Of a DNA stretch of 64,000 bases, positions 18,289-27,730 are shown one piece after another. The position numbers and the translations under genes were made by a program. Location: the NCBI GenBank assembly GCA_965207885.1, contig OZ242311.1:4768001-4832000 (forward strand), given 5' to 3'. The notes beneath the pieces are model-generated. The model was not told the origin of the DNA, ran no database searches, and worked only from the letters and a program-made list of their open reading frames with translations. Position 1 is the stretch's first letter. Each line of letters opens with the position of its first letter. This DNA comes from Candidatus Latescibacterota bacterium. GTDB lineage: Bacteria; Latescibacterota; UBA2968.

Positions 18289-19056
18289 TTAGTTCCCAGA
18301 ATCCAACACCCGGAATCCATACCGCTGAAAGACCGTAGCCGCTGTGTCTGATTGAAAAAAGTGCATGGCGGCTTCGACTGTTGGTGTGCGTCGTCCTTTT
18401 ACGATGGCGATTGGATAGACAATGGGTGTGTGCAATAGGGAGTCGGGAAGTGTGGCAATGACTGCGACGCCATCGCTGATTGTCGCATCTGTGGCATAGA
18501 CAATGCCGGCGGCACATTCTCCGCGGGCGACCAGTGTGAGTGCGCCGCGTACGTCCATTGTCGGGGCGATGCGGTTTTTGAGCAATGTCCACCAGCCCAA
18601 TTTTTTCAGGGCTTCTACAGTGTAGATACCCGCAGGCACGTGAGATGGGTCGCCCAGGGCTAATTGTCCATCGAATGCGCTGGGGAAGTCAAAGTCTGCG
18701 TGGGGTTCGACAGAGAATTTTTCATTTTTGGGGGAGATAATTACGAGGGCGTTGCCCAGTAGATCGATTCGGGTATCGGGTTCGATCAATTTTTCCGTTG
18801 CCAAAAAATCCATCCATTTTACATTAGCTGAAAAATATATATCCGCAGGCGCTCCCTGGGCTATCTGTTTGGCGAGGATCGAAGAGCTGGCAAAAGACAT
18901 TCGCAACGATATGCCCTGTTTTTCTGCGGTTTTGGAGAGGTCTTGCAGTGCGCTTGTCAGGCTGGCTGCAGCATATACGGTGACGGGTTCGGCAAGGGCG
19001 ATTCCGCGCGTTGAGAAACAGGTTGCGATGAAGATGTAGATGAATAGTTTTTTCAT
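18289..19056 (-). CDS. modA: Molybdate ABC transporter substrate-binding protein
   Basis: AAASL, ASSSILAKQI..GAPAD, VPAGIY, GIVYATDA, IVYP motifs; signal peptide. Confidence 0.9.
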   Translation of the reverse strand: MKKLFIYIFIATCFSTRGIALAEPVTVYAAASLTSALQDLSKTAEKQGISLRMSFASSSILAKQIAQGAPADIYFSANVKWMDFLATEKLIEPDTRIDLLGNALVIISPKNEKFSVEPHADFDFPSAFDGQLALGDPSHVPAGIYTVEALKKLGWWTLLKNRIAPTMDVRGALTLVARGECAAGIVYATDATISDGVAVIATLPDSLLHTPIVYPIAIVKGRRTPTVEAAMHFFQSDTAATVFQRYGFRVLDSGN

Positions 19057-19073
19057 GGGATAAGGAGAATAGT

Positions 19074-19721
19074 ATGTCCGATTTTTGGGTTCAAGATAGC
19101 GAGACGATGTTGTTGATTGGCGATAGTATTACGGATTGTGGTCGGCGTGCGGCTGAGGCACCGCTGGGCAGTGGATATGTGCGGGCGTTTACTGAGATTG
19201 TGACGGCACAGTTTCCCGAGCGAAAGATCGCGTATATCAATAAGGGTATTGGCGGTAATCGCGTGACGCATTTGCACGAGCGCTGGCGAGAAGACGTGAT
19301 TGATCACGCGCCGGATAAGTTGTCGATTAAGATCGGGATCAACGATTTGCACAGTCATTTGCGACAGGCGGAAGATGCGGTCCCGCCCGCACGATTTGAA
19401 GAATTGTACGATGCGATTTTGGATACGACACAACGGGAGATTGGGTGTCCAATTGTGCTGATTACGCCTTTTTATATTTCGACAGATACATCCGGACAGA
19501 CGTTCCAGAGTGAGGTTATGGCGTTGATTCCGGAGTATATCGACATTGTGGAGAAGATGAGCGAGAAGTACGGGACAAAGCTGTTGCGTTTGCACGATCT
19601 TTTCCAGGCGCATTTGAAATATAGAGGTTCAGAAACTTTTTGTCCAGAGCCTGTGCATCCCAATCGGACAGGACATTTTATCATTGCGGATGCGTTGTTT
19701 AAGATGCTTTGTGAAGGGTGA
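19074..19721 (+). CDS. SGNH/GDSL hydrolase
   Basis: GDSIT, NKGIGG, GIND, PVHP blocks. Confidence 0.88.
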   Translation: MSDFWVQDSETMLLIGDSITDCGRRAAEAPLGSGYVRAFTEIVTAQFPERKIAYINKGIGGNRVTHLHERWREDVIDHAPDKLSIKIGINDLHSHLRQAEDAVPPARFEELYDAILDTTQREIGCPIVLITPFYISTDTSGQTFQSEVMALIPEYIDIVEKMSEKYGTKLLRLHDLFQAHLKYRGSETFCPEPVHPNRTGHFIIADALFKMLCEG

Positions 19722-19768
19722 GACTGAGGGGCATACCATATCGGCTTTCTTCAATTGGAGGCATATCA

Positions 19769-20854
19769 ATGGACAAGCTCAAAATTGCACATATCGGCAC
19801 GGGGAATCGAGGGGCAAATGTGTATCTTCCGCTCATCGCCAAGTTGAAGGACGATCTTGAACTGGTCGCGGTTTGCGATGTAAGCGAAGATTCCGTCAAG
19901 GCGCAGGGCGCAAAGTATAACGTTGCTGCATACACAGATACTGCTGAGATGCTGGAAAAAGAGAAGCCAGATATTTGCTCCATCGTTATTACCCCGAGCA
20001 ATAATCATATCCCGGGGCTGTTGTGCTCTGAACATGGCGTGAGTTACTGCACTGAGACGCCGATTGACACAGACCTCGGCTGGGCGGATGAGATGATTGA
20101 GTCCGCAAAGCAGCACGGGACGAAGATTGAGGTCAATGAAAACTATTATCGCGTGCCATCGGAACGGATTAAACGCGAGATGATTCTGGCGGGTGTATTC
20201 GGCAAGATCAACGTTGCCTACAACGAATTTCGCGGACACGGGTATCACGGGATCGGCTTGATTCGCAGTTACGTCGGTTTTGATAACGAACCCCTTCGCG
20301 TGTTCGGTTTGCGAAAGAGCTTTACAGTGCAGGAGCACGTCTGGCGGCGAGGTCAGCCGACACGCGACTCAGAGGATTGGCAGCAAGGCGTTATCGAATT
20401 TGCCGATGGCGCAGTCGGGGTATTCAATTTCAGCAGTTTGTCTTATGGTTCGCCGCTTCGCGGTTTCAACGGCACGAAGTTCTACGCCGAGCGTGGGATG
20501 TGCTTCCGCGATGAAGCGGTCATTCTAAACGACACCGCCGATGAGCAACGCAAAATCACGGTTGTCCGCAAGACCAACGATGTCGATGGGTTTGAGACCC
20601 TCGCCGCTCTCGTGGCGGATACAACGCCGGAAGTGGTGTGGGAAAATCCGTTGCAAAATTATCCGCTCAGTGATGGCGAAATTACCGTTGCGTCAGAGCT
20701 GATGAGTATCGCAAATGCCGTTCGCAACGATACCGCGCCCGAATATGGGGCTTACAATGGTCGCAAGGACCGGGAGATTGACGTGGCGATGGCGATATCG
20801 TGGGCAAACGATGGTGAACCTGTGACGTTTCCATTTGAATACGAGCGGCGATGA
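19769..20854 (+). CDS. Gfo/Idh/MocA oxidoreductase
   Basis: IGTGNRG Rossmann motif, LVAVCD, ETP; RBS ggagg. Confidence 0.85.
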   Translation: MDKLKIAHIGTGNRGANVYLPLIAKLKDDLELVAVCDVSEDSVKAQGAKYNVAAYTDTAEMLEKEKPDICSIVITPSNNHIPGLLCSEHGVSYCTETPIDTDLGWADEMIESAKQHGTKIEVNENYYRVPSERIKREMILAGVFGKINVAYNEFRGHGYHGIGLIRSYVGFDNEPLRVFGLRKSFTVQEHVWRRGQPTRDSEDWQQGVIEFADGAVGVFNFSSLSYGSPLRGFNGTKFYAERGMCFRDEAVILNDTADEQRKITVVRKTNDVDGFETLAALVADTTPEVVWENPLQNYPLSDGEITVASELMSIANAVRNDTAPEYGAYNGRKDREIDVAMAISWANDGEPVTFPFEYERR

Positions 20855-20858
20855 AGAT

Positions 20859-22163
20859 TTACGTCTTTAACTTTTTCAGTCGCTCTGCTGCTTCGCTCAG
20901 GCTGTCGAGGGTGCGGCAGAAGGCAAATCGCAAGTACCGGTCGCCTTCGCTGCCCGTTGCGTAGAAGTTGTCGCCGGGTACGGGGGTGACACCGATTTCC
21001 CGGGTCATGTACAGGGCGGCATCGGTTGCGTTCATGTCGCATAAGGTGGGAACGGAGCGGTAATCGGCAAAGAGGTAGTAGGAGCCGTCGGGTGGGGTGA
21101 TTTTGAATCCGGTGGATTGGAGGGCTTTGAGGAGTAGGTTGCGTTTTTGTAAGAATGGTTTGTGAATATTTTTGAAGATGGCGTCGGGCAATTGCAACAG
21201 GTGCTCGGCGCCTTTTTGCAATGGGGTGGGGGCTTGTACGACGAGGGTGTCGTGAACCGCGCGAATCCTCGGGGTGTGTTGTTCGGGCGATATGACCCAG
21301 CCGACGCGCCAGCCGCTGGCGTTGGCGGTTTTGGTGATGGCGTTGATGACGATGGTGCGCTTGGCCATTCCGGCGAGTGTTGCGGGGCAGATGTGGACGC
21401 TATCGCCGTAGAGGATGTGTTCGTAGATTTCGTCGGTGATTAAAAATAGGTCGTGTTCGCAACAGAGGTCTGCGATGAAGGCGAGTTCTGTTTCGGAGAA
21501 GACTTTGCCCGTGGGGTTGTGTGGCGTGTTGAGGATGAGTGCGCGCGCGCGTTTTGCCGCGATGGTCCATTCGTCTTTGTCGAGCACCCAGCCATCGCTT
21601 TTTTCGCGCAGGGTGACATATTCGCAGCGCAGCCCGAACAGGCTGGCCTGGTTGGGATACATTTCGTGAAAGGGTTGTAAGACGATGACGCTGTCGCCGG
21701 GATTGCACAGGGCGCGAAGTGTTGAGGAGAGGCCTTCGGTTGCGCCTGCGGTGACGGTGATTTGCGTTTCGGGGTTGGGAAGAAAGGCGTAGAATCGCCG
21801 GGTGTAGTCTGCGATGGCTTCCCGCAGTTCAGGCAATCCGTAGGGAAAGGAGTACTGGTTGTAGCGGTCGTGCTGGGGTTGGAGGATGGCGCAGAGGTCT
21901 TTGAGGGAATGGTTGAGGTGGTCGTTGCCCGCGTTGCGCACGAGGAGGTCGCAGAGGGTGAGCGCGTGCAATTGCTCGGCACCTTCATCTGAGCCACCCA
22001 GTATGGCGGCGATGCCCGCCCAGGCGAGGTCGTAGAGTACGGGTTCGTCTGTGATCCCCTGAGAGAGGTTCAAGGCATTGTGTTCAAGGGATAGACGGGT
22101 CATGCGCCGGATGACGGATTCTTGTGGGGAAGAATCTCTTATCCCAGCAATTTCTGTTCCCAT
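20859..22163 (-). CDS. PLP-dependent aminotransferase class I/II
   Basis: NLSQG, NTPHNPTG, DEIY, K...GWRVG, YLRFAFC. Confidence 0.88.
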   Translation of the reverse strand: MGTEIAGIRDSSPQESVIRRMTRLSLEHNALNLSQGITDEPVLYDLAWAGIAAILGGSDEGAEQLHALTLCDLLVRNAGNDHLNHSLKDLCAILQPQHDRYNQYSFPYGLPELREAIADYTRRFYAFLPNPETQITVTAGATEGLSSTLRALCNPGDSVIVLQPFHEMYPNQASLFGLRCEYVTLREKSDGWVLDKDEWTIAAKRARALILNTPHNPTGKVFSETELAFIADLCCEHDLFLITDEIYEHILYGDSVHICPATLAGMAKRTIVINAITKTANASGWRVGWVISPEQHTPRIRAVHDTLVVQAPTPLQKGAEHLLQLPDAIFKNIHKPFLQKRNLLLKALQSTGFKITPPDGSYYLFADYRSVPTLCDMNATDAALYMTREIGVTPVPGDNFYATGSEGDRYLRFAFCRTLDSLSEAAERLKKLKT

Positions 22164-23500
22164 GTTTTTATGTATTCTTCGGGCGATAGTTGACTGTCCG
22201 GCGCGCTTCGATGTTTGTCGTACATGTCTTCTGCTTGTGCTGCGATGACCTCTGGATCTTCGGGGATTTCGCCCTGGTCGCCGTATGTTTCGATCCAGTT
22301 GTCGAGGCGCGAGCGCAGGTCGTTGAGCGCGTTTTGATGGTCTGGCGATTCTGCGAGGTTTTCGACTTCGTGGGGGTCGGCTTGCAGGTCGTAGAGTTCT
22401 TCGTAAGGGCGATAGGGTGCGAGGAATTTTGCCTGTGCTTCGGTGAGTTTGCCTTCTTTGCCGAGCAGGGGAAGGAGTGTCCAGAGGGGGTATTGCTGGT
22501 ATTTGTAGCGGTTGAATTGCATGTAGGGGCGGTCGGGATGATAGTTGCGTATGTATTTGTAGTTTTTGGTGCGTACGCAGCGGATGCGATCTACTGTGCC
22601 GTCACATCGGTCGCGTGCTGAGTAGATTTCGCTGCGGGATTTTGTATCGGGACCGAGGAAGATGTTGCCTTCCATTTCCGGGGGGACTTCTAAACCCGCG
22701 AGCGAGAGCGCGGTAGGTGCAAGGTCTATGCCGCTGACGAGTTCGTCGCTTACGACGCCTGCGTCGATGTACCCGGGCCAGCGCACAATGCAGGGTATGC
22801 GAATGCCACCGTCGTACAGGAATTGTTTGTCGCGGATGTGCGCGCGTCCGTGATCGGCGATGAGGAAGACGATGGTGTTGTCGGCTACGCCTTCGTCTTC
22901 GAGGCGCTGGAGCACCTGTCCGACTTTGCGGTCGAAGACCTGGACGCTTTCGAGATACATGGCCCAGTCTTTTCTGATGAGGGGATGATCGGGATAATAA
23001 GGCGGAATTTCTACGGCGTCGGGATCGACGGGATTTTGCGGGTCGGGTGTGAAGTTGCGATGGGTGTCGGTGATGTTGTTCTGGGCGTAAAAGGGCTGGC
23101 CCTCTGCGCGTTGGGTCCAGTCTATGCCGTCAAAGACGCCATTCCGCTGGAAGTTGAAGTCGGTTTTACCGGATTTGTCAAAGGGCGGTCCCGGGCTGTT
23201 GCAGGTGTAATATCCCGCATCGCGGAAGTAGTCGGTGATGAGGCGAATGTGTTCGGGCAATGGGGTGTCGCGCTTGCTGCGGTGATTGTGCGCGCCAAAG
23301 CTGGTTTGATAGCGGCCGGTGATGATGGCCGATCTGCTCGGGGAACACACCGGGCAGGTGACAAATGCATTTGTAAATAGCGTGCCTTCCGATGCGAGTT
23401 TGTCGATGTTGGGCGTTTGCACTGCTGGCGTGCCATAGCAGGCGAGGTCGGGATAGAGGTCTTCGCCATAGATCCAGAGGATGTTGGGTTTAATGGGCAT
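22139..23500 (-). CDS. Formylglycine-dependent sulfatase
   Basis: PNIL, CSPSR..ITG, DHG, ELYDL..DP.E..NLA. Confidence 0.92.
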   Translation of the reverse strand: MPIKPNILWIYGEDLYPDLACYGTPAVQTPNIDKLASEGTLFTNAFVTCPVCSPSRSAIITGRYQTSFGAHNHRSKRDTPLPEHIRLITDYFRDAGYYTCNSPGPPFDKSGKTDFNFQRNGVFDGIDWTQRAEGQPFYAQNNITDTHRNFTPDPQNPVDPDAVEIPPYYPDHPLIRKDWAMYLESVQVFDRKVGQVLQRLEDEGVADNTIVFLIADHGRAHIRDKQFLYDGGIRIPCIVRWPGYIDAGVVSDELVSGIDLAPTALSLAGLEVPPEMEGNIFLGPDTKSRSEIYSARDRCDGTVDRIRCVRTKNYKYIRNYHPDRPYMQFNRYKYQQYPLWTLLPLLGKEGKLTEAQAKFLAPYRPYEELYDLQADPHEVENLAESPDHQNALNDLRSRLDNWIETYGDQGEIPEDPEVIAAQAEDMYDKHRSAPDSQLSPEEYIKTWEQKLLG

Positions 23501-23549
23501 GATGAAAATCCATTCGTAAATGTGGTTCAGGTAGTTGGGTAGGACAATT

Positions 23550-23575
23550 GTAGGGGCAGGCCCCTGTGCCTGCCC
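23550..23575 (+). repeat. GTAG-type REP element
   Basis: GTAG + gggcaggc/ccctgt/gcctgccc perfect 8-bp hairpin, intergenic. Confidence 0.75.
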
Positions 23576-23587
23576 GTTGGGTGGTCT

Positions 23588-24391
23588 TTATCGCGCGCCG
23601 CACGCTTGCAAGGATGCCTGCATGTGTCCGCGAGTTTCCGCACCGATGATGCAACATTGCTCCAGGCTGTGTCCCTGTGCTTTTGTGCCGATGACTTCGA
23701 GGTTGACGGGTCCGCCGTAACCGTTTTCGTGCAGGACGCGGATATAGCCGACGAGGTCGATGTCGCCGCGGCCATTGGCCTGGTTTTCGGGGGCGCCTGG
23801 ACCGCGCTCGCGGCCTTTGCAGTCGCGGATGTGGACGTGTTTGACACGCGAGACGACAGCTGCGATGGCTTCTACTGGATTTTCGTTTGCGCGGTGGATG
23901 TGTGAGGGGTCCATGTCAATGCCAAAGGCGGGGGATGAGATAGCTTCCATCACGCGCAGGGTGGTTGGGGTGTTGTAGATGGCTGCGCCCACATGGGCTT
24001 TGACGCAGAGGGTTACGCCGTATTTTTCGGCTCTGTTGGCGAGGTTGCCGAGGGAGTCGATGCTTTGCTGGAAGGTTTCTTCATCATCTGATTTTCCACC
24101 CGGACCGCAATTGACGACGGGGATGCCGGCTTCGTTTGCCGCTTGAAATGCTTTTTCCATGGTGTCGGGATCTTGTCTGGGTTGTTCCATGGCGAGGAGT
24201 TCGAGGCCGTATTCACGCCCCAGACGCCTGGCTTCTCGGGCTGTTTCCTGCCAGTTGTCGAGGACGAGGTGCTGGCACATGCCGCTAATTGCCCCGACTT
24301 CTATGCCGTCGTATCCCGCCATGGCCGTGTACTTAAAAGCGGTTTCCATGTCCCACGCGCCAAAAAGAACTGAGTTGAGTCCGAGTTTCAT
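23588..24391 (-). CDS. Sugar phosphate isomerase/epimerase (AP-endonuclease-2 TIM barrel)
   Basis: GYDGIE, DPSH, HVHIRD, G.GDID, GY.G.VNLE. Confidence 0.85.
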   Translation of the reverse strand: MKLGLNSVLFGAWDMETAFKYTAMAGYDGIEVGAISGMCQHLVLDNWQETAREARRLGREYGLELLAMEQPRQDPDTMEKAFQAANEAGIPVVNCGPGGKSDDEETFQQSIDSLGNLANRAEKYGVTLCVKAHVGAAIYNTPTTLRVMEAISSPAFGIDMDPSHIHRANENPVEAIAAVVSRVKHVHIRDCKGRERGPGAPENQANGRGDIDLVGYIRVLHENGYGGPVNLEVIGTKAQGHSLEQCCIIGAETRGHMQASLQACGAR

Positions 24392-24410
24392 GTTTCCTCC
24401 TGTAAGGGGT

Positions 24411-25466
24411 TTATTGGTTCTGCATCGCTGGCAGATCTGTGCGCGATCCTCGCACGTCTATCGCTTCTTTGGAGAGCCGAGCCTGAGGTGTTTCGCCTTT
24501 TAAGATTCGCTCGAAATCATCGCCAATTACTTCGGCGACTTGTAAGTTCGCATCTCGAGTGCGTCCGGCAATGTGGGGGGTGTGGACGACATTGACACGG
24601 TTTCGCAATAGATCGTCTGTAGGTACCGGCTCGTTGTCATATACGTCAAATGCACCGGCGAGTTCGTTGGTGATAATGCGCTCCCGCAATGCGTCCATAT
24701 CGACGGCGTGTGCGCGCGTGGTTATGACGATCAGGCTGCCTTTGCGCAATCGATAAATGCGTTCCCGCGATAGGATTTTTCTGGCAGATGGTGTTGGTGG
24801 TATGGTGACGACGATTATCTCGCATTCATCTACGAGGGTGTCCATTTCCACGCCTTCTACGCCGAGTTCATCCAACCTCGATTTTGGAATAAATGGGTCG
24901 TAGCCGAGGACGCGCGATCCGAGGGCGTTGCACCACATTGCCATCCTCCCGCCGATTTGTCCCAGTCCCATGACGCCGACGGTTTTGGTTCCCAATGTGC
25001 CGTTGACGAAATCTGGATTGTCGCAAAATTGCACGTATTCAAAATTCCACAGGCGTTCTCCCGATGCCATGCGTTTGTGCCATTGCGGTATCATGCGCAG
25101 GGCGTTTAATGTCAGGGCGAGTGTGATTTCTGCGACAGATGCCGCCCATGCACGCGTGCCATCAATGATGGGGATGTCGCGTTCAAACAGGCCATCGACT
25201 GGAAGAGAGCGATGGCCCCAATTATCCAGCACGCCCCCCACGGCTTTCAGTTCGGGCGCGCGTGCCAAACACACTTCTGTCAACTGTCCGCCAAATAGCG
25301 CAATGGCGGATACATGCGACAAATCCGTCAATTCCGAAAGTGGTAAGCCGCGCTCTACCTGTACCACGCGCACTTCATCTATTTCATTTAGCCGCGCCAT
25401 CAGTGCCTCTGGCACATACGGCCACGATCGTTCCAAATTTTTTGTCCGGGCAAACAAAATCGCCAT
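24411..25466 (-). CDS. D-isomer-specific 2-hydroxyacid dehydrogenase family protein
   Basis: GLGQIG, YDP, DVY..EP, TPHIAG. Confidence 0.85.
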   Translation of the reverse strand: MAILFARTKNLERSWPYVPEALMARLNEIDEVRVVQVERGLPLSELTDLSHVSAIALFGGQLTEVCLARAPELKAVGGVLDNWGHRSLPVDGLFERDIPIIDGTRAWAASVAEITLALTLNALRMIPQWHKRMASGERLWNFEYVQFCDNPDFVNGTLGTKTVGVMGLGQIGGRMAMWCNALGSRVLGYDPFIPKSRLDELGVEGVEMDTLVDECEIIVVTIPPTPSARKILSRERIYRLRKGSLIVITTRAHAVDMDALRERIITNELAGAFDVYDNEPVPTDDLLRNRVNVVHTPHIAGRTRDANLQVAEVIGDDFERILKGETPQARLSKEAIDVRGSRTDLPAMQNQ

Positions 25467-25494
25467 TATTCGTCCTTTCTATTGTAATTGTAGC

Positions 25495-26709
25495 CTATGG
25501 CGCGAGCATCAGGGCGATGCTATGTGGGTTAACCAATCCAGAGGTGACGATGGCTTCGGGACTGGAGCCATCGAGATTGGCACGCCAAATTTTACCGTTA
25601 TCGACGTTACCGGTGCCAGCATCTACCCAGTACATCTTTGGGGGATCGCTTGTCAGGTCCAGAGCTATGTCGCGCGGAGCGGTGGCAGGGCCGGCGAGTG
25701 ATTGCCCGCCGAATGTTCTGGTGTTGAGGATATCTTCTACGCCAGAACCATCTAAATTGGCACGCCGGATTCTATCTCTGACGATGTCTGTCCAGTACAT
25801 TTTTCCCGCAGCTACATCCAGAGCAATGCCTCTTGGAACCCGCAAGAAGTTTTGGAAGGTGAGGAGGGTTTCGACGTTGGAGCCATCGAGGTTGGCGCGC
25901 TGGATTTTATCGTCCTGAAGTGGGTTGGGGGCACCCGTGCCGGAGTCTGTCCAGTACATTTTGCCTCCGGCCACATCCAGGGCGATGCCCTGTGGATTAA
26001 CCAATCCAGAGGTGACGAGGGCTTCGGGACTGGAGCCATCAAGGTTGGCGCGCTGGATTCTACCATTATCGACATTGGCCCTGCCCGCATCTATCCAGTA
26101 CATCTTTGGGGGATCGCTTGCCAGATCCAGAGCAATGCCACGCGGGGTGGTGGCCGGACCGGGAAGTGACTGGCCACCGATTGTTCTGGTATCTATGATC
26201 AGTTCTATGTCAGAACCATCGAAGTTGGCACGCCGGATACTATCTGTGACGGAGTCCGTCCAGTACATTTTTCCCGCGGCTACATCCAGAGCAATGCCCC
26301 TTGGAAGTCGCAACGTGTTGGCGTAGGTGAGGAGAGTTTCAACGTTGGAGCCATCGAGGTTGGCGCGTTGAATTTTATCATCCTGTAGAGGGTTGTTGCC
26401 ACCCGTGCCGGAGTCTGTCCAGTATATTTTGTCCATAGCCTCAGGCGCAGGAGCTGCTTTGCCAAAGCTTCCGACGAATAGCAGAAAGTCACCAAAACCG
26501 ACCTCGCCGTCGCCATCCAGATCAAATCGGGCTTCATACCTCTCATCGCCCTGACGAGCTCCGAACTTGCCAGCAAAGAGCAAGAAGTCGGTAAAATCGA
26601 CCGTGCCGCTCGCATCAAAGTCCGGATTACCCGATTGTGACTCATTCTTGGCCTGAAGCGGTTGCGTTAGCAGGCCGATGGATAGGGTTGCAAGGATTAA
26701 TAGGCGCAT
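25495..26709 (-). CDS. Secreted YWTD (LDL-receptor class B-like) beta-propeller protein with N-terminal dockerin/EF-hand-like domain
   Basis: RBS gaggag; signal peptide; six YWTD/YWID/YWVD repeats with 'IQRANLDGS'; DFDASGTVDFTDF...FDLDGDGEVGFGDF. Confidence 0.85.
   Translation of the reverse strand: MRLLILATLSIGLLTQPLQAKNESQSGNPDFDASGTVDFTDFLLFAGKFGARQGDERYEARFDLDGDGEVGFGDFLLFVGSFGKAAPAPEAMDKIYWTDSGTGGNNPLQDDKIQRANLDGSNVETLLTYANTLRLPRGIALDVAAGKMYWTDSVTDSIRRANFDGSDIELIIDTRTIGGQSLPGPATTPRGIALDLASDPPKMYWIDAGRANVDNGRIQRANLDGSSPEALVTSGLVNPQGIALDVAGGKMYWTDSGTGAPNPLQDDKIQRANLDGSNVETLLTFQNFLRVPRGIALDVAAGKMYWTDIVRDRIRRANLDGSGVEDILNTRTFGGQSLAGPATAPRDIALDLTSDPPKMYWVDAGTGNVDNGKIWRANLDGSSPEAIVTSGLVNPHSIALMLAP
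25498..26430. repeat. Intragenic tandem duplication, period 468 bp (3 YWTD blades x2)
   Basis: acccgtgccggagtctgtccagta at 25933 and 26401; flanks align throughout. Confidence 0.85.
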
Positions 26710-26856
26710 GGTTCTCCTCCTCTCAGTTGGAGCTTCGATGTTTTGGTGAGGTATGATAACATGAGAGACATAGATTTGCCAAATAAAAATAGTCATGATG
26801 CCCGAACGTGAAGAGTTGTGTTAAAATCCCCTTGGGTCTGGCTGTACATAAATTTT

Positions 26857-26884
26857 TTGACTTATGCGTTCTGTATGTTATCAT
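26857..26884 (+). promoter_or_regulatory. Putative sigma70 promoter of the SDR gene
   Basis: TTGACT-16-TATCAT with extended -10 TG. Confidence 0.45.
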
Positions 26885-26923
26885 GCGTTAGATATAAACC
26901 ACAACCCATCAGGAGATTTGACT

Positions 26924-27676
26924 ATGAGTAGCAAAGTTGCAATTGTTACTGGCGCAGGCAGCGGGATTGGCAAACATACCACTTTAGCCTTTTTGAGCGC
27001 GGGATATTCAGTTGCCCTGGCAGGACGACGAGAAGATCCCTTGAAAGCCACGGTAAGTGAAGCGGGTGTAGATGATTCAAAGACGCTTGTTGTGCCGACA
27101 GATGTTGGCGATCCAGCGTCTGTGGAAAATCTTTTTGCGCGGACAAAAGAGAAATTTGGACGCCTGGATGTGCTTTTCAACAATGCGGGTGTAGGCGCAC
27201 CTGGTGTCAATCTTGAGGATTTGACTTTTGAGCAATGGCAAACGGTTGTCAATACCAATTTAACGGGTGTCTTTTTGTGTATTCAGGAGGCATTTAAAAT
27301 TATGAAAGACCAGACGCCCCGGGGCGGGAGGATCATCAATAATGGGTCGATATCGGCGCATGTTCCCCGTCCAAATTCTGCGCCTTATACGTCGACCAAA
27401 CACGCGGTGTCCGGTCTGACAAAATCCGCTTCGCTCGATGGGCGCAAATACGATATCGCTTGCGGACAGATCGATATTGGCAATGCAGCGACCGATATGA
27501 CCGAGCGCATGAAAAGAGGCGTTCCACAAGCCAATGGATCTACTCTGGTAGAACCCACGATGGATGTCAGGGGCGTCGCGCAAGCCGTGCTCAATATGGC
27601 GAGCCTTCCGTTAGATGCAAATGTTCAGTTTATGACTATTATGGCGACTAAGATGCCTTATATCGGTCGCGGTTAA
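26924..27676 (+). CDS. Short-chain dehydrogenase/reductase
   Basis: [17 protein letters not shown]. Confidence 0.92.
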   Translation: MSSKVAIVTGAGSGIGKHTTLAFLSAGYSVALAGRREDPLKATVSEAGVDDSKTLVVPTDVGDPASVENLFARTKEKFGRLDVLFNNAGVGAPGVNLEDLTFEQWQTVVNTNLTGVFLCIQEAFKIMKDQTPRGGRIINNGSISAHVPRPNSAPYTSTKHAVSGLTKSASLDGRKYDIACGQIDIGNAATDMTERMKRGVPQANGSTLVEPTMDVRGVAQAVLNMASLPLDANVQFMTIMATKMPYIGRG

Positions 27677-27708
27677 AAAAAAGACCGGACGCTTTGTCCG
27701 GTCTTTTT
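27676..27708. terminator. Bidirectional intrinsic terminator
   Basis: aaaaagaccggac/gcttt/gtccggtcttttt between convergent genes. Confidence 0.85.
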
Positions 27709-27730
27709 AGTTGATACTATGGGAGAGGGG

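Noticed and set aside
21162-23469. Several long overlapping or antisense ORFs
   Set aside because: Explained by biased codon usage of the aminotransferase and sulfatase genes.
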